A DNA stretch of 64,000 bases from an uncultured Planctomyces sp. (GTDB taxonomy: Bacteria > Planctomycetota > Planctomycetia > Planctomycetales > Planctomycetaceae), in contig CALDJX010000209.1 in the NCBI GenBank assembly GCA_937899075.1, forward strand, positions 5,019-69,018. The letters run 5' to 3'. This document shows positions 10,035-20,009 of this stretch, piece after piece (positions within the stretch are counted from its first letter, which is position 1; every line of letters starts with the position of its first letter). The position numbers were made by a program, and so were the translations under genes. The notes beneath the pieces are model-generated. The model worked only from the letters and a program-made list of their open reading frames with translations. It made no database searches and was not told the DNA's origin.

Positions 10035-10946
10035 GTGCTCAAATCGTCTTACAGGAAACACGTCTCCCCCCAGAAACTGGTTCTGGTTGCAGTTCTGGCG
10101 ATAGCGTCTGCCGCGTTCGGCGAGACTGCCTACGGAACCGAGCCTGCGACACCGGTTTCGATTCGGATCTCAAATGCTCAGGCCGGCCGACTGCAACTCG
10201 TGACCGGAACCGTCAACGCCCCAGGTCTGCCGGTCATCCTGGTAAAACCCGATCTTCCAAATGAGCCGTGGTGGGTCCAGGGTCAGGCAGTTCCAGCAGG
10301 TCCGCGAGGATTCTCGGCGAAAGCTGTCTTCGGCAGCGCCGCGACATTGCCGGGTACTAAATTTCGAGTCGTCGCGATTCTCACCGACCCGAACACCACG
10401 CGGTACGTGACCGGGCAAGTCATCAAAGATCTACCAGAAGTTCCGCTGTCAGATCAGTTGCTGATCACGTTGGTAAAAACTGGAACTCCGCCCGTTGCAG
10501 TCATCCGAGCCGGTTCGGATAAACCAGAAGAACAACCACGTCTCGCAGAAATTACATCCCCAAAGACTTCTGCCAATGTGGATCGAGTGGCTGAAGTGAA
10601 AGGCCGTATCCAGACTGACTATCACCCGATCGTGCTGGTTCGACCGTTGACAGACGGCAGCGTCTGGTACGTTCAAAACACTCCTGAGCTAACCGAAACT
10701 GGAGAGTTCACGCTGAAAGTCGTGTTGGGAAACAGCCAGACGAAACAGGGACAGCGATTCCGAATCATCGTCCTCGCGGCCCCGTCGAAAGAAGCCGCCA
10801 GCAAACTGAAAGTCGGCACTGCCGTTCGGGAAATTCCAGACGGCGCTGGCGTTTCGAAGGAAACCGTCGTCACGCTTCGTGAAGTGCTCAAAGAAGACGC
10901 TCCGGAATCGCAAGCCGCCATACTCGAATCCAGCCCTCCGCGTTGA
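10035..10946 (+). CDS. Secreted protein built from two tandem homologous ~110-aa domains
   Basis: GTG start with GAGGAG 9 nt upstream. Signal peptide LVLVAVLAIASAAFGETAYG. Two similar halves (PVILVKPDLPNEPWWVQGQ...KFRVVAILT versus HPIVLVRPLTDGSVWYVQNT...RFRIIVLAA). Confidence 0.6.
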   Translation: MLKSSYRKHVSPQKLVLVAVLAIASAAFGETAYGTEPATPVSIRISNAQAGRLQLVTGTVNAPGLPVILVKPDLPNEPWWVQGQAVPAGPRGFSAKAVFGSAATLPGTKFRVVAILTDPNTTRYVTGQVIKDLPEVPLSDQLLITLVKTGTPPVAVIRAGSDKPEEQPRLAEITSPKTSANVDRVAEVKGRIQTDYHPIVLVRPLTDGSVWYVQNTPELTETGEFTLKVVLGNSQTKQGQRFRIIVLAAPSKEAASKLKVGTAVREIPDGAGVSKETVVTLREVLKEDAPESQAAILESSPPR

Positions 10947-10981
10947 CAGCCAATTCAGCGCAAAAGCCGGGAGGATTCAAC

Positions 10982-12946
10982 ATGCGTCTCCGATTTGTGA
11001 TGTCGCTTTGTGCGACGTTGATCCTGAACCTTGATGGCTACACCCTCGCGCAGGCCAATAATTCTCTACTGGTCCTCGACAATTTCGAAGACCTGCAGAA
11101 CAACGTCGGCGGATATCGGAATGGGTTTTCGAAATCGCCCTCCAGTGCAATCTGCCGGCGAGTTCAACTCGATCGTGAAACGGGACACTGTTTCCGCATC
11201 AAAGCCGAACGAGTTGCGGAAGGTTTCTGCGGAGCGTGGATTCATCTTCACAACTTTCGCGACACCCGTCCCGAATTCCTGGACGCCTCAAAGTGGAAGT
11301 ATCTCACGTTTCGCATTCGCTCAGATTCACCGGCGGTCGACGTCAACGTCCGGCTCGCAGATGAAGAATGGATTCGCAAAGAAGACGCCGTCACGATCGG
11401 CCCGGTGTCGAAGTGGTTGGAGCAGCCAATCGGCCCCCAGTGGCAGGAAGTCGCGATCCCGCTGACCGAACTCCGGAAGCTTGATCTCAAACGGCTCGGC
11501 GCTTTGTCATTCGAGTTTCCAAAGCCGGGTACGTTCACATTCTGGGTGGACGATCTTTGTCTGAAACAGTCACTGAAAAGCGACATTCCGGAAACGCCGG
11601 TCAGCCGAGCCCTCGTCGATCACCCCGTCGCGCGAGTGGCTCCGAAGCGGGCGATGTGGGTCTGGTCAACGGAAGCGATCATCAACGATCCACTCCAGAC
11701 AGAGCACCTTTTGAAAAGCTGCGAATCAGAACGGATCGGCCATCTCTGGATCCAACTCCCATACCGCATTGAAACCCGGGTCGCGATTCAAAACCCGGGT
11801 CGCTTGCGGGCGTTCATTCAAAAAGCGCATCGGCAGCGGATTGAAGTTCACGCACTCGACGGCAGCCCGGAATTCGCCGTACGACGTGGCCACGACATTC
11901 CACTGGCCGTTTTCGATGCGGTGGTCGATTTCAACTCACTTTGCAAACCGGTTGAGCGTTTCGACGGCGTTCATTTTGACAATGAACCGTACCTTCTGCT
12001 GGGTTGGAGCAATCGGGCGCTGCGGGAAGAGATTATCCACGACCTGTTGACGTTAAACGTCGCCTGCCAGCAGAAAGCTCGGATTGCCGGACTGAAATTC
12101 GGAGTCGACGTGCCGTTCTGGTGGAACGCTCACGATGCCGAAACGGGAGAAGCAGCCGACGCGGTGACGTTTCATGGTTCACGCAAAGCGGCAACGTTTC
12201 ACTGCATCGACCATCTCGACAACGTTGGGATCATGAACTATCGAGATCAGGCTGACGGTGCCGACGGCATGCTCGCTCACGGCATCGACATCCTGAAATA
12301 CGCTGACGATGCAGCTCACGCTTCGGTTTTCATGGGCGTTGAGACATTCCGATATGAACCTCAGCCAGTCTGGTTTTCTCTTGGGTTGCCGGAGTCTGAA
12401 TTCTCATCCGCACTTCATGACCGAGCCGCTCATCTGGCGAATCTCAGCCGCATCCGCGGGCTCCGTCTGCATCAATTGCGTACGGACAATCTCGTGCACA
12501 TCGGCGTGGAACTTCCAGGACCTTCAGCGACAGTTGACGAGAGTCGACAAGCCGAGAATGCGATCAGAATTCTGGCAAGAGAGTTCGGGCACTTCTCAGA
12601 CGGCGCGGACGATCAAAGTCTGCTGGCGATCGCCCGCGAAGAAACTGAACGTTCCGCAGAGTGGCAGGACTGGGCGCTAAAACCGATTCACGACGCGGGA
12701 GCAGGTGCAACATTCAGCGGTTTCGTAACAACTCGACTGATGCCGTCAAAGGTGACTTTCGCTGATGACTCGATGGCTACGTTCAGCGATGAAACGAACT
12801 TCGCCGAGGAAACGTTCGGTCGCTACTCGTCATACGCCGGCCTGGCGATCCACTCGTGGGAAAGCTTCCGAAAGAAACTCCTCGACCGTCCAGACAGGCT
12901 ATCACGAAGAAGCAGCTTCAGCCCCATCCAGTTCCACTATCGATGA
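10982..12946 (+). CDS. Secreted protein with an N-terminal CBM-like beta-sandwich and a TIM-barrel glycosidase-like region (function unknown)
   Basis: ATG at 10982 is preceded by GGAGG. Signal peptide MRLRFVMSLCATLILNLDGYTLAQA. N-terminal region LVLDNFEDLQNNVGGY...FTFWVDDLCL. Later FDGVHFDNEPY and VGIMNYRD. The domain call is from memory only. Confidence 0.55.
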   Translation: MRLRFVMSLCATLILNLDGYTLAQANNSLLVLDNFEDLQNNVGGYRNGFSKSPSSAICRRVQLDRETGHCFRIKAERVAEGFCGAWIHLHNFRDTRPEFLDASKWKYLTFRIRSDSPAVDVNVRLADEEWIRKEDAVTIGPVSKWLEQPIGPQWQEVAIPLTELRKLDLKRLGALSFEFPKPGTFTFWVDDLCLKQSLKSDIPETPVSRALVDHPVARVAPKRAMWVWSTEAIINDPLQTEHLLKSCESERIGHLWIQLPYRIETRVAIQNPGRLRAFIQKAHRQRIEVHALDGSPEFAVRRGHDIPLAVFDAVVDFNSLCKPVERFDGVHFDNEPYLLLGWSNRALREEIIHDLLTLNVACQQKARIAGLKFGVDVPFWWNAHDAETGEAADAVTFHGSRKAATFHCIDHLDNVGIMNYRDQADGADGMLAHGIDILKYADDAAHASVFMGVETFRYEPQPVWFSLGLPESEFSSALHDRAAHLANLSRIRGLRLHQLRTDNLVHIGVELPGPSATVDESRQAENAIRILAREFGHFSDGADDQSLLAIAREETERSAEWQDWALKPIHDAGAGATFSGFVTTRLMPSKVTFADDSMATFSDETNFAEETFGRYSSYAGLAIHSWESFRKKLLDRPDRLSRRSSFSPIQFHYR

Positions 12947-14452
12947 CCCTTGATCGGCAGCCTGTTTCCAGTCGCGCACTTCAGTGACGCCCGTAATCAT
13001 GGCTCTCAGATTGACCAGCAACGCGATGCCAGCACCCAACCAAAGAATCATCAGGATGTCATCTACGACCAACTTGTAGTGAGAACTGGATCTGGCAGCG
13101 TTCTCAATGATCATCAGCGTCCTCCCCGGATTTGCAACTTCGACGAGTCTGTAAGCGTTGTCCCAACGCGTGAACCCGAAAGCTGCCGGCAAGTAAGGCG
13201 TGACCATCGCCAATGCGCCGATCAGGATTGTCAGAACACGTGCATGTGCAGGTCGAAATTCAGGGCTCACTGCCTGACCCAGTCGTCCGATCGCTGCACC
13301 AATCGCGACATAAATAAATGCGTACAAGGTCGTCGCGGTCACGATATTGTGAACCCATTCCGGCCAGACGCCCATTCGACCAATTGCGGCCAGAACAACC
13401 AGGTGCATCGTCAGTAGCAGCAGTCCTCGACGTCCGCCGGGCAACCACGGAGCGATCAGAAAACGGAACGCTCCAAACTTCGCCACGTTGCGACGGACTC
13501 GACGAGAAATGTGATCCGGTTCGGTACTGGCAAACAACCCAACGACGAACCAGTGGATACAGGAGACCATCGCACATCCGACGATCGTGTCTTCATCGAC
13601 CAAGGCTGTTCCGTAACGATGGCTGTAGACCCAGACTCCTGCCCAAAGCAGCCAGAACTGAAGCGTGCAGATAATCCTGACGCCAGAGCTGCGGTTATCA
13701 GACTCGAACGTGAGCCGCGAAACGGCGATTTGCTGAGCAAGCAGAAAGTAGGTGCCAACGGTCAGCACTATGGTGCCAATCACCCACCAGAATTCTTCCT
13801 GGTCAAACGGAATTGATTCAGAAAATCCCGCCGCGCTGATGCCAAATGCTGCAGACATTTGCCACAGAAGCAAACCGATCATTCCGATCGTGTTGATCGC
13901 CTGCCATTGCCGGCTGCTTGATAGCGTGCTGAGCATCAGCGCGATCATCGAAACGAAACTGCTCCACAACAATCCGGCGACAAGGAACAGCGTGACCATT
14001 GCCAGATCAAATCCCTGCAACAGAGAAGTGAACGCAATAAACGGGGCGATTGCTGAGTAGTAGATGAAAACCTGAACCAGCGAACTCAGCAGTTTGCCGG
14101 TGACGATCTGCCGCGGACTGAGCGTCGAGATGCTCAGCAGTTCGTAAGTGTTCTGGTCTCGTTCGTTGAGCATGCTGCGAAACGAGCCAAACGGTACAAC
14201 AAACAGCGTCGCGAAACCGATCACGTAGTAGTAAGCGACAAAGAATGCTCGCCCGGCCGAGCCGTACTCGATAGCAGGCCCAAACCAGATCGTGCCAAAC
14301 ACCGAGATTAACCAGGCGACGGTCAGCAGCAGCATGAATGTGATGATGAATTGACGGCTCTTCAGCGCCTGACGCGTTTCTTTCACGAGGATCGGGTTAA
14401 GTCGATCTGTGACGTAGTCGGTGAGGTGAAAGAACTTTTCGCCGCTGCTCAT
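12902..14452 (-). CDS. Multi-pass membrane protein, ABC-2-type permease-like
   Basis: 516 aa and hydrophobic throughout, with more than 10 predicted helices by eye. It lies directly downstream of the ABC ATPase gene (56-nt gap). Confidence 0.6.
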   Translation of the reverse strand: MSSGEKFFHLTDYVTDRLNPILVKETRQALKSRQFIITFMLLLTVAWLISVFGTIWFGPAIEYGSAGRAFFVAYYYVIGFATLFVVPFGSFRSMLNERDQNTYELLSISTLSPRQIVTGKLLSSLVQVFIYYSAIAPFIAFTSLLQGFDLAMVTLFLVAGLLWSSFVSMIALMLSTLSSSRQWQAINTIGMIGLLLWQMSAAFGISAAGFSESIPFDQEEFWWVIGTIVLTVGTYFLLAQQIAVSRLTFESDNRSSGVRIICTLQFWLLWAGVWVYSHRYGTALVDEDTIVGCAMVSCIHWFVVGLFASTEPDHISRRVRRNVAKFGAFRFLIAPWLPGGRRGLLLLTMHLVVLAAIGRMGVWPEWVHNIVTATTLYAFIYVAIGAAIGRLGQAVSPEFRPAHARVLTILIGALAMVTPYLPAAFGFTRWDNAYRLVEVANPGRTLMIIENAARSSSHYKLVVDDILMILWLGAGIALLVNLRAMITGVTEVRDWKQAADQGSSIVELDGAEAASS

Positions 14453-14508
14453 GGTCTATCCTGAAAGTCGAACCTGCGTCGTCCGGTCGAACCGTGACCA
14501 GACAAAAA

Positions 14509-15528
14509 CTACTGCGTGATTCCCTTGGTGATATTCATAAAGGCGTCTTCCAGACTCTGAGTCTTGCCATGAAGCTCAATAATCGGATGCCCCGCTGCCA
14601 TCAAATTCTGCAGCAACTGATGTTGCTCGTTGTCGTCGCCTTCGAAGTCGAACGTTGCGTACCCGATCGAGCATTGCACGTCTTTAATCATTGGTTGTTC
14701 AAGCAGCCATTTCTCAAGCGAGTTGGTGGCGTCTTCCAGATTTCCGGCTGACGCAAGCCGCACACGCAGCGCGCGTCTTCCTGCGGATCCAATATCGACG
14801 CTCGCCTGCTGACGCTGAATTTCGTCGACCGTTCCGTAAGCCAGAATCTGACCGGCTTCGATGATCGCTGCCGAGTCACAAATTTCGCCCAACTCGGTGA
14901 GAATGTGCGAGCTGATTAAAACCGTCTTCTTCATCTCTGTGGCCAGAAGGCGTATCAATTCCCGCAGCTCAACTCTCGCGCGTGGATCGAGCCCGGCCGC
15001 CGGCTCGTCGAGAATCATGACCTGCGGATCGTGGATGAGGCATCGTCCCAGCCCCAGCCGTTGCGACATACCTTTGGAAAGAGTGTCGATCGATTTGTCG
15101 GCCAGCTTGCGGAGTTCGGTAAACACCAGCACGTGCTCGATCGCGTCCCGCCGCTCGGCGTCCCGTAACCCGTAGGCTCGCGCGTAGAAGTCGAGATACT
15201 CGACAACATTCATGTTCGCGTACTTGCCGAAGCTATCCGGCATAAAACCCAGGTACCGTCGTACTTTGTCCGGGTCGTCGACGACGGAGTATCCACAGAC
15301 AAACGCGTCACCAGCGGTCGGTGTGTCGAGCGTCGCAAGAATCCGCATGCTCGTTGTCTTGCCGGCTCCGTTCGGACCGATGAAGCCCATGACTTGTCCG
15401 GGCCAGGCTTTGAACGAGACATCGTCCACCGCTTTGAGTCGCCCGAAGAAGCGATGCAGATGCCGCAACTCCAGCGAAGGTTCTCCGCGGTCACGGGCTT
15501 CGACGCTGGTTGGTACAGGTTCGATCAT
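14509..15528 (-). CDS. ABC transporter ATP-binding protein
   Basis: Walker A GPNGAGKTT, signature LSKGMSQRL, Walker B VMILDEPAAGLD, H-loop SSHIL. There is an extra ~100-aa C-terminal domain. Confidence 0.9.
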   Translation of the reverse strand: MIEPVPTSVEARDRGEPSLELRHLHRFFGRLKAVDDVSFKAWPGQVMGFIGPNGAGKTTSMRILATLDTPTAGDAFVCGYSVVDDPDKVRRYLGFMPDSFGKYANMNVVEYLDFYARAYGLRDAERRDAIEHVLVFTELRKLADKSIDTLSKGMSQRLGLGRCLIHDPQVMILDEPAAGLDPRARVELRELIRLLATEMKKTVLISSHILTELGEICDSAAIIEAGQILAYGTVDEIQRQQASVDIGSAGRRALRVRLASAGNLEDATNSLEKWLLEQPMIKDVQCSIGYATFDFEGDDNEQHQLLQNLMAAGHPIIELHGKTQSLEDAFMNITKGITQ

Positions 15529-15579
15529 CGGCGGCTCGCAATGTCAGACTCGAAAGAAGCATCGTCTTTAAGAGAACGA

Positions 15580-16566
15580 CTAGAGAATGTCTTCCGAATC
15601 GTCGTCGTCAAAAACAGACGCATCCTCATAGATGACGTTGGACTCTCGTGGCGGAGCTTTTTTCACCATCGTTACGTGACGGCCGCCTTCGCTATAAGTG
15701 AGTTCGTCCATGAACGACTTCATCAGCAGCATCCCTCGACCACTCGGACGATCGAGATACTCCGGGTCCGTGGGATCAGGAATTTCAGCTGGATCGAAAC
15801 CTGGACCTTGATCACGTACCGAAAAACGCACAGCATCCTGAGTCAGTGAAATGTCAACGTGAAGCTGTCGGTCGATGTATGGTTTCTGAAGTGAACGACA
15901 ACGAGCCAGGTCTTCGTACGCAGACTGGTCCTGATCACGCAGGTCAGAACTGACTTCCAGATTTCCGTGATAGAGTGCGTTCAGCAACGATTCTTCAAAG
16001 GCAATGCTGATTCGAAGACGATCGTTCTCGGGAAAAATCCGCATCGCTCGCATGGTGTCGCGAACTTGCCCGGAGAGTGCGTGTACCAGTCTCGTCTCGT
16101 TCGGCAGAACGTACGAAGTGTTTACGCTGGAGATTCGATAGAGCAGTCGCGTCTCGCCGCGATTCGACGATGCGGCTTCCAGGATCTGGTGGATCGTCGG
16201 AATCAGATCTTCGCCGAGTCTGCGCTTGGTCACATAGCTGGCGGCTCCCAGGCGGAGCGCTTCGACGGCAAGTTCTTCGCTGCCCTGAGCAGTCATCAGC
16301 AGGACGGGAATCAGGGGATAATCGCTTTTGATTGCCTGGACGAGTTCGAGACCATTCATCTCGGGCATGTGCAGGTCTGTGAGCACCGCGTCCGGAATGT
16401 CAAGTTCCAAACGCTCCAACGCATCGCGACCATTTTCTGCGTAGATGACTTCGTACTCGCCCGTCTTCTGCAGGAGCCCTCCCACAAGACGACGATCGAC
16501 ACGTGAATCGTCCACCACAAGTAGAGTATGCATAACCATGCTTTCTGCGGCCCAGCTATCCCACAA
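15580..16566 (-). CDS. Response-regulator receiver fused to a SpoIIAB/RsbW/RsbT-like GHKL ATPase (serine-kinase type)
   Basis: REC: LLVVDDSRVDR...AVLTDLHMPEMNGLELV...LMTAQGS. C-terminal: EESLLNALYHGNLEV...VRDQGPGFDP...GRGMLLMKSFMDELTYS. The start is probably an internal Met (16539 or 16533). Confidence 0.8.
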   Translation of the reverse strand: MWDSWAAESMVMHTLLVVDDSRVDRRLVGGLLQKTGEYEVIYAENGRDALERLELDIPDAVLTDLHMPEMNGLELVQAIKSDYPLIPVLLMTAQGSEELAVEALRLGAASYVTKRRLGEDLIPTIHQILEAASSNRGETRLLYRISSVNTSYVLPNETRLVHALSGQVRDTMRAMRIFPENDRLRISIAFEESLLNALYHGNLEVSSDLRDQDQSAYEDLARCRSLQKPYIDRQLHVDISLTQDAVRFSVRDQGPGFDPAEIPDPTDPEYLDRPSGRGMLLMKSFMDELTYSEGGRHVTMVKKAPPRESNVIYEDASVFDDDDSEDIL

Positions 16567-16661
16567 GCCCGCAATCAGATTGCAACGGCTCGATCGTATT
16601 CAGTTTTGGTCTAAGTTCCGCTGTGAATCATCACTTCGATTAAACGTGAACAATATGATAG

Positions 16662-19600
16662 TCAGCCAGGAAACCGTCCGGTATCGATGAAAGCGCGAAG
16701 CTGCAAACTTACCACTTTCGACGCCTCTTGAAGCTCGGCAAGATGCTCTCGGATTCGATCAAGCTCGCCGTCTTTACCAGCCTTTTCGCAGTCAAATGCG
16801 AGATCATGCGCATCCGAAACACCGAATGTTCGAAAGTTGGCCTTTATCGTGTGAGCCATTCTTTGAGCTGTTTTCGCATCATCCTTCTTCAAGGCATATT
16901 TCAAATCTGCCATGACGATCCGGCCTTCTTCGAGAAACGCTCCGGCAATTTCACGCAATAAACCCCGGTCTCCCTGAGTGATTTTCAGAGCGACCGGCCA
17001 ATCCACCTGGTAGCTTTCCTGAGAGCCTGATTCGCCATCGGCCACGACGATCTTCGCAGCGACTTCTTCGCGAGACACGCCGACGGTGCGAGCGTCTTCG
17101 GCGAAGAACCCGCTCAACGCGTTAATCAACTGCCACGGCCGAACCGGCTTCGACACGTAGTCGTCCATGCCGGACTCCAGGCACAATTCACGATCACCTT
17201 TCATCGCGTGAGCGGTCATCGCGATAATGGGTAAATGACGATCGGTTCCGACCTCGCACTTTCGAATCTGGCGAGTGGCTTCCAGGCCGTCCATCTCCGG
17301 CATCTGAACGTCCATCAAAACGACGTCGAACGATTCTCGCGCCACGAGTTCGACAGCATCCTTACCGTTGTTTGCAACCGTGCCCGCATGTCCCCACTTC
17401 TTGAGCAGCGCCAGCGCGAGCTTCTGATTCACAACGCTGTCTTCAGCCAGCAGAACCCGCAACGGCGGGATAACAACTTCACGGCGTTGCGAATCTTCTG
17501 CATCCGGCCCCCCGGTATCGCCAGTTCCGTCGATAGCCAACGCCGCAACCAGAGAATCGAACAACTCTGATTGTTTGATCGGTTTTCGGATGTAGGCCGA
17601 CACTCCGAACTCGCGGCACTGTTCGACATCCTCTGAGCGATCGCCCGATGTGAGCATCATGATCACAGCGCCGGCGAGTTTTTCGTCGTTACGAATTTCT
17701 GCTGCGAGGGCGAAGCCGTCTTTGTCTGGCATGTGAACATCGCTGAGAACGAGGTCATAACCCTTGTCGGATTCGCGAGCTTGACGCAACGATTCAATCG
17801 CCAGGTCGACACCTTCGACACTCGTCGTTTCAATCCCCCAGTTGGTCAGCATCTCGTCGAGAATCAACCGGTTAGTGGCGTTGTCGTCGACGATCAAAAC
17901 GCGAGAACCCTGAACAATTCGTTGAGAAGGAGCTTTGGGCGGGGTGTCGGAAATTCCAAGCCGAGCCGTAAAGTGAAACGTGCTGCCTTTACCGAGTTCA
18001 CTGTCGGCCCAGATCGTTCCATGCATCAACTGCGTCAATCGAGAACAGATCGTCAGCCCAAGCCCTGTTCCGCCGTACTGCCGAGTCGTCGATGTGTCGG
18101 CCTGTTCGAAAGCCTGAAAGACGGACTTCAGTTTCGTTCGGGCGATTCCGATTCCCGTGTCGGCGACGGCAAAATGCAGCAACGCTGACTGGTCGTCCTG
18201 CTGATCAACTTCGACGTGCACAATCACTTCGCCCTGCTGCGTAAACTTGATCGCGTTACCAACCAGGTTCACAACGACCTGTCGCAGCCGCGACGGATCA
18301 CCAACCAACGCGTCAGGCACGGACGGGTCGATATGACAGGCCAGTTCCAGATCCTCACGATGAGCACGCACCGACAATGATCGCAGCGTGTCTCCCAGAG
18401 TGTCGCGAATGCTGAAGACAACAGAGTCGAGTTCGAGCTTTCCGGCTTCGATCTTTGAAAAGTCCAGAATGTCGTTGATGAGGCTCAGCAGCGAATCCGC
18501 AGAGTCACGCACCATTCCAAGGTACTCGTTCTGAGATTGTGTCAGCTCGGTATCGAGCACCAGTTCCGTCATACCAATCACGGCGTTCATCGGCGTGCGA
18601 ATTTCGTGACTCATATTGGCCAGGAAATCGCTCTTCGCCCGGTTGGCTGACTCGGCTGCTTCCTTGGATTCCCGCAGCTCCTGCTCAGCCCGTTTACGTT
18701 TCGTGATGTCATGCACGAAGGCGCTGAAGATGCACGATTCGGCGTCGCGGATCGGAGAAATCGTCACCTCGACCGGAAACTCTCGCCCGGATTTGTGCAA
18801 GGCGACCAGTTCCAGCCGGCGTTGAATGACGCTGCCTTCGCCGGTCTTCAGAAAATGCTTCAGACCGGCGAGATGAGCGGCGCGATACTGCTCTGGAATA
18901 ATCGTGTCGGCGAGCGTTTTGCCAAGAGCCTCTTCAGACTTCCAGCCAAAAATGACTTCCGCCTGAGGGTTCCAATCAATGATTGTTCCTTCGGCATCCA
19001 TCCCGACGAAAGCGTCGAGAGCCGTGTCGACGATCTGTCGATTGAGCCGTTCACTCTGACTAAGCGCGTTCAACGCTTCCTGCTGAGCGGTAATGTCACG
19101 AGAAACTCCGAACGTGCCGACCACTTTATTATCGCGATCCCGCAGCGGAAGTTTGCTGGTTGATACCCACGTCGTTCGACCGTCTGGCCAGGTTTCTTTC
19201 TCGACTTTGTCAAGAACCGGCTCACCCTGTTCCATCAACTCGACTTCGTCCGCTCGCGCCTGTGCCGCGTGCTCGTTCGCAAAGAAGTCCTTGTCGGTTT
19301 TCCCGACGGCGTCAGACGGTTCGCCCAGGTTAAACCAGTCAGCCATCGCGCGGCTGACGCGGATGAACCTGCTGTCGCGATCTTTGAAGTAGATGTTGTC
19401 CGGCAGGTTCTCCATCAATGAGCCAAGGAGGTAACGCTCCAGCTCAAGCTCTTTGCTCAGTCGCTGGCGTTCGAGCGCGTAGCTAATCGAATGTTCCAAC
19501 CGCGAGACGTCGAACACATCTTTGACAAGGTAGTCGGCTGCTCCGGCTTCGAGCGCTCGCTGATCGATCTCGCGATCGGTCTGTCCCGTCAGAATGATGA

Positions 19601-19874
19601 CGGGCGACTTTGAACCCGCGGCTTTAGCCTGGTGGAGAACCTCAATTCCGTCCGTCGCGCCCAGCCGATAATCCAGAAGATAGATCTCGTGCTGCCCGGC
19701 GAGAATTCCTGCCAGACCGGCCTCGGGCTCAGCGGTCCATTCAAGTTCGACAATGCGACCGTCGATCTCGCGAAGAAGCTCCTTCGTCAGCGCGAAGGTA
19801 TTTTCATCATCGTCGATCAACAGAATTCGCAGCGACTCGGGCATCGACACGTTCCAACGACAAGGGACACGCAT
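16662..19874 (-). CDS. Hybrid sensor histidine kinase with REC, two PAS, HisKA, HATPase, two further REC and HPt domains
   Basis: N-terminal REC (ILLIDDDEN...YLLDYRLG). H-box SHEIRTPMNAVIGM. G-boxes DTGIGI and GGTGLGL. Two receivers (LSDVHMPDKDG, LMDVQMPEMDG). C-terminal HPt AHTIKANFRTFG. The likely start is Met at 19844. Confidence 0.9.
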   Translation of the reverse strand: MRVPCRWNVSMPESLRILLIDDDENTFALTKELLREIDGRIVELEWTAEPEAGLAGILAGQHEIYLLDYRLGATDGIEVLHQAKAAGSKSPVIILTGQTDREIDQRALEAGAADYLVKDVFDVSRLEHSISYALERQRLSKELELERYLLGSLMENLPDNIYFKDRDSRFIRVSRAMADWFNLGEPSDAVGKTDKDFFANEHAAQARADEVELMEQGEPVLDKVEKETWPDGRTTWVSTSKLPLRDRDNKVVGTFGVSRDITAQQEALNALSQSERLNRQIVDTALDAFVGMDAEGTIIDWNPQAEVIFGWKSEEALGKTLADTIIPEQYRAAHLAGLKHFLKTGEGSVIQRRLELVALHKSGREFPVEVTISPIRDAESCIFSAFVHDITKRKRAEQELRESKEAAESANRAKSDFLANMSHEIRTPMNAVIGMTELVLDTELTQSQNEYLGMVRDSADSLLSLINDILDFSKIEAGKLELDSVVFSIRDTLGDTLRSLSVRAHREDLELACHIDPSVPDALVGDPSRLRQVVVNLVGNAIKFTQQGEVIVHVEVDQQDDQSALLHFAVADTGIGIARTKLKSVFQAFEQADTSTTRQYGGTGLGLTICSRLTQLMHGTIWADSELGKGSTFHFTARLGISDTPPKAPSQRIVQGSRVLIVDDNATNRLILDEMLTNWGIETTSVEGVDLAIESLRQARESDKGYDLVLSDVHMPDKDGFALAAEIRNDEKLAGAVIMMLTSGDRSEDVEQCREFGVSAYIRKPIKQSELFDSLVAALAIDGTGDTGGPDAEDSQRREVVIPPLRVLLAEDSVVNQKLALALLKKWGHAGTVANNGKDAVELVARESFDVVLMDVQMPEMDGLEATRQIRKCEVGTDRHLPIIAMTAHAMKGDRELCLESGMDDYVSKPVRPWQLINALSGFFAEDARTVGVSREEVAAKIVVADGESGSQESYQVDWPVALKITQGDRGLLREIAGAFLEEGRIVMADLKYALKKDDAKTAQRMAHTIKANFRTFGVSDAHDLAFDCEKAGKDGELDRIREHLAELQEASKVVSLQLRAFIDTGRFPG

Positions 19875-20009
19875 CCAACGTGTACGTTGGAAAACGAAAG
19901 TACGTCGTCAGAGTATCACACCTGCCCGTTCAGGTTCATGCCTGGAGCAGAATTCGTTAATACTGCCCTCGAATTTCGGCGAGTCGCGGTGCGAAATCGC
20001 TTGCTGGAA

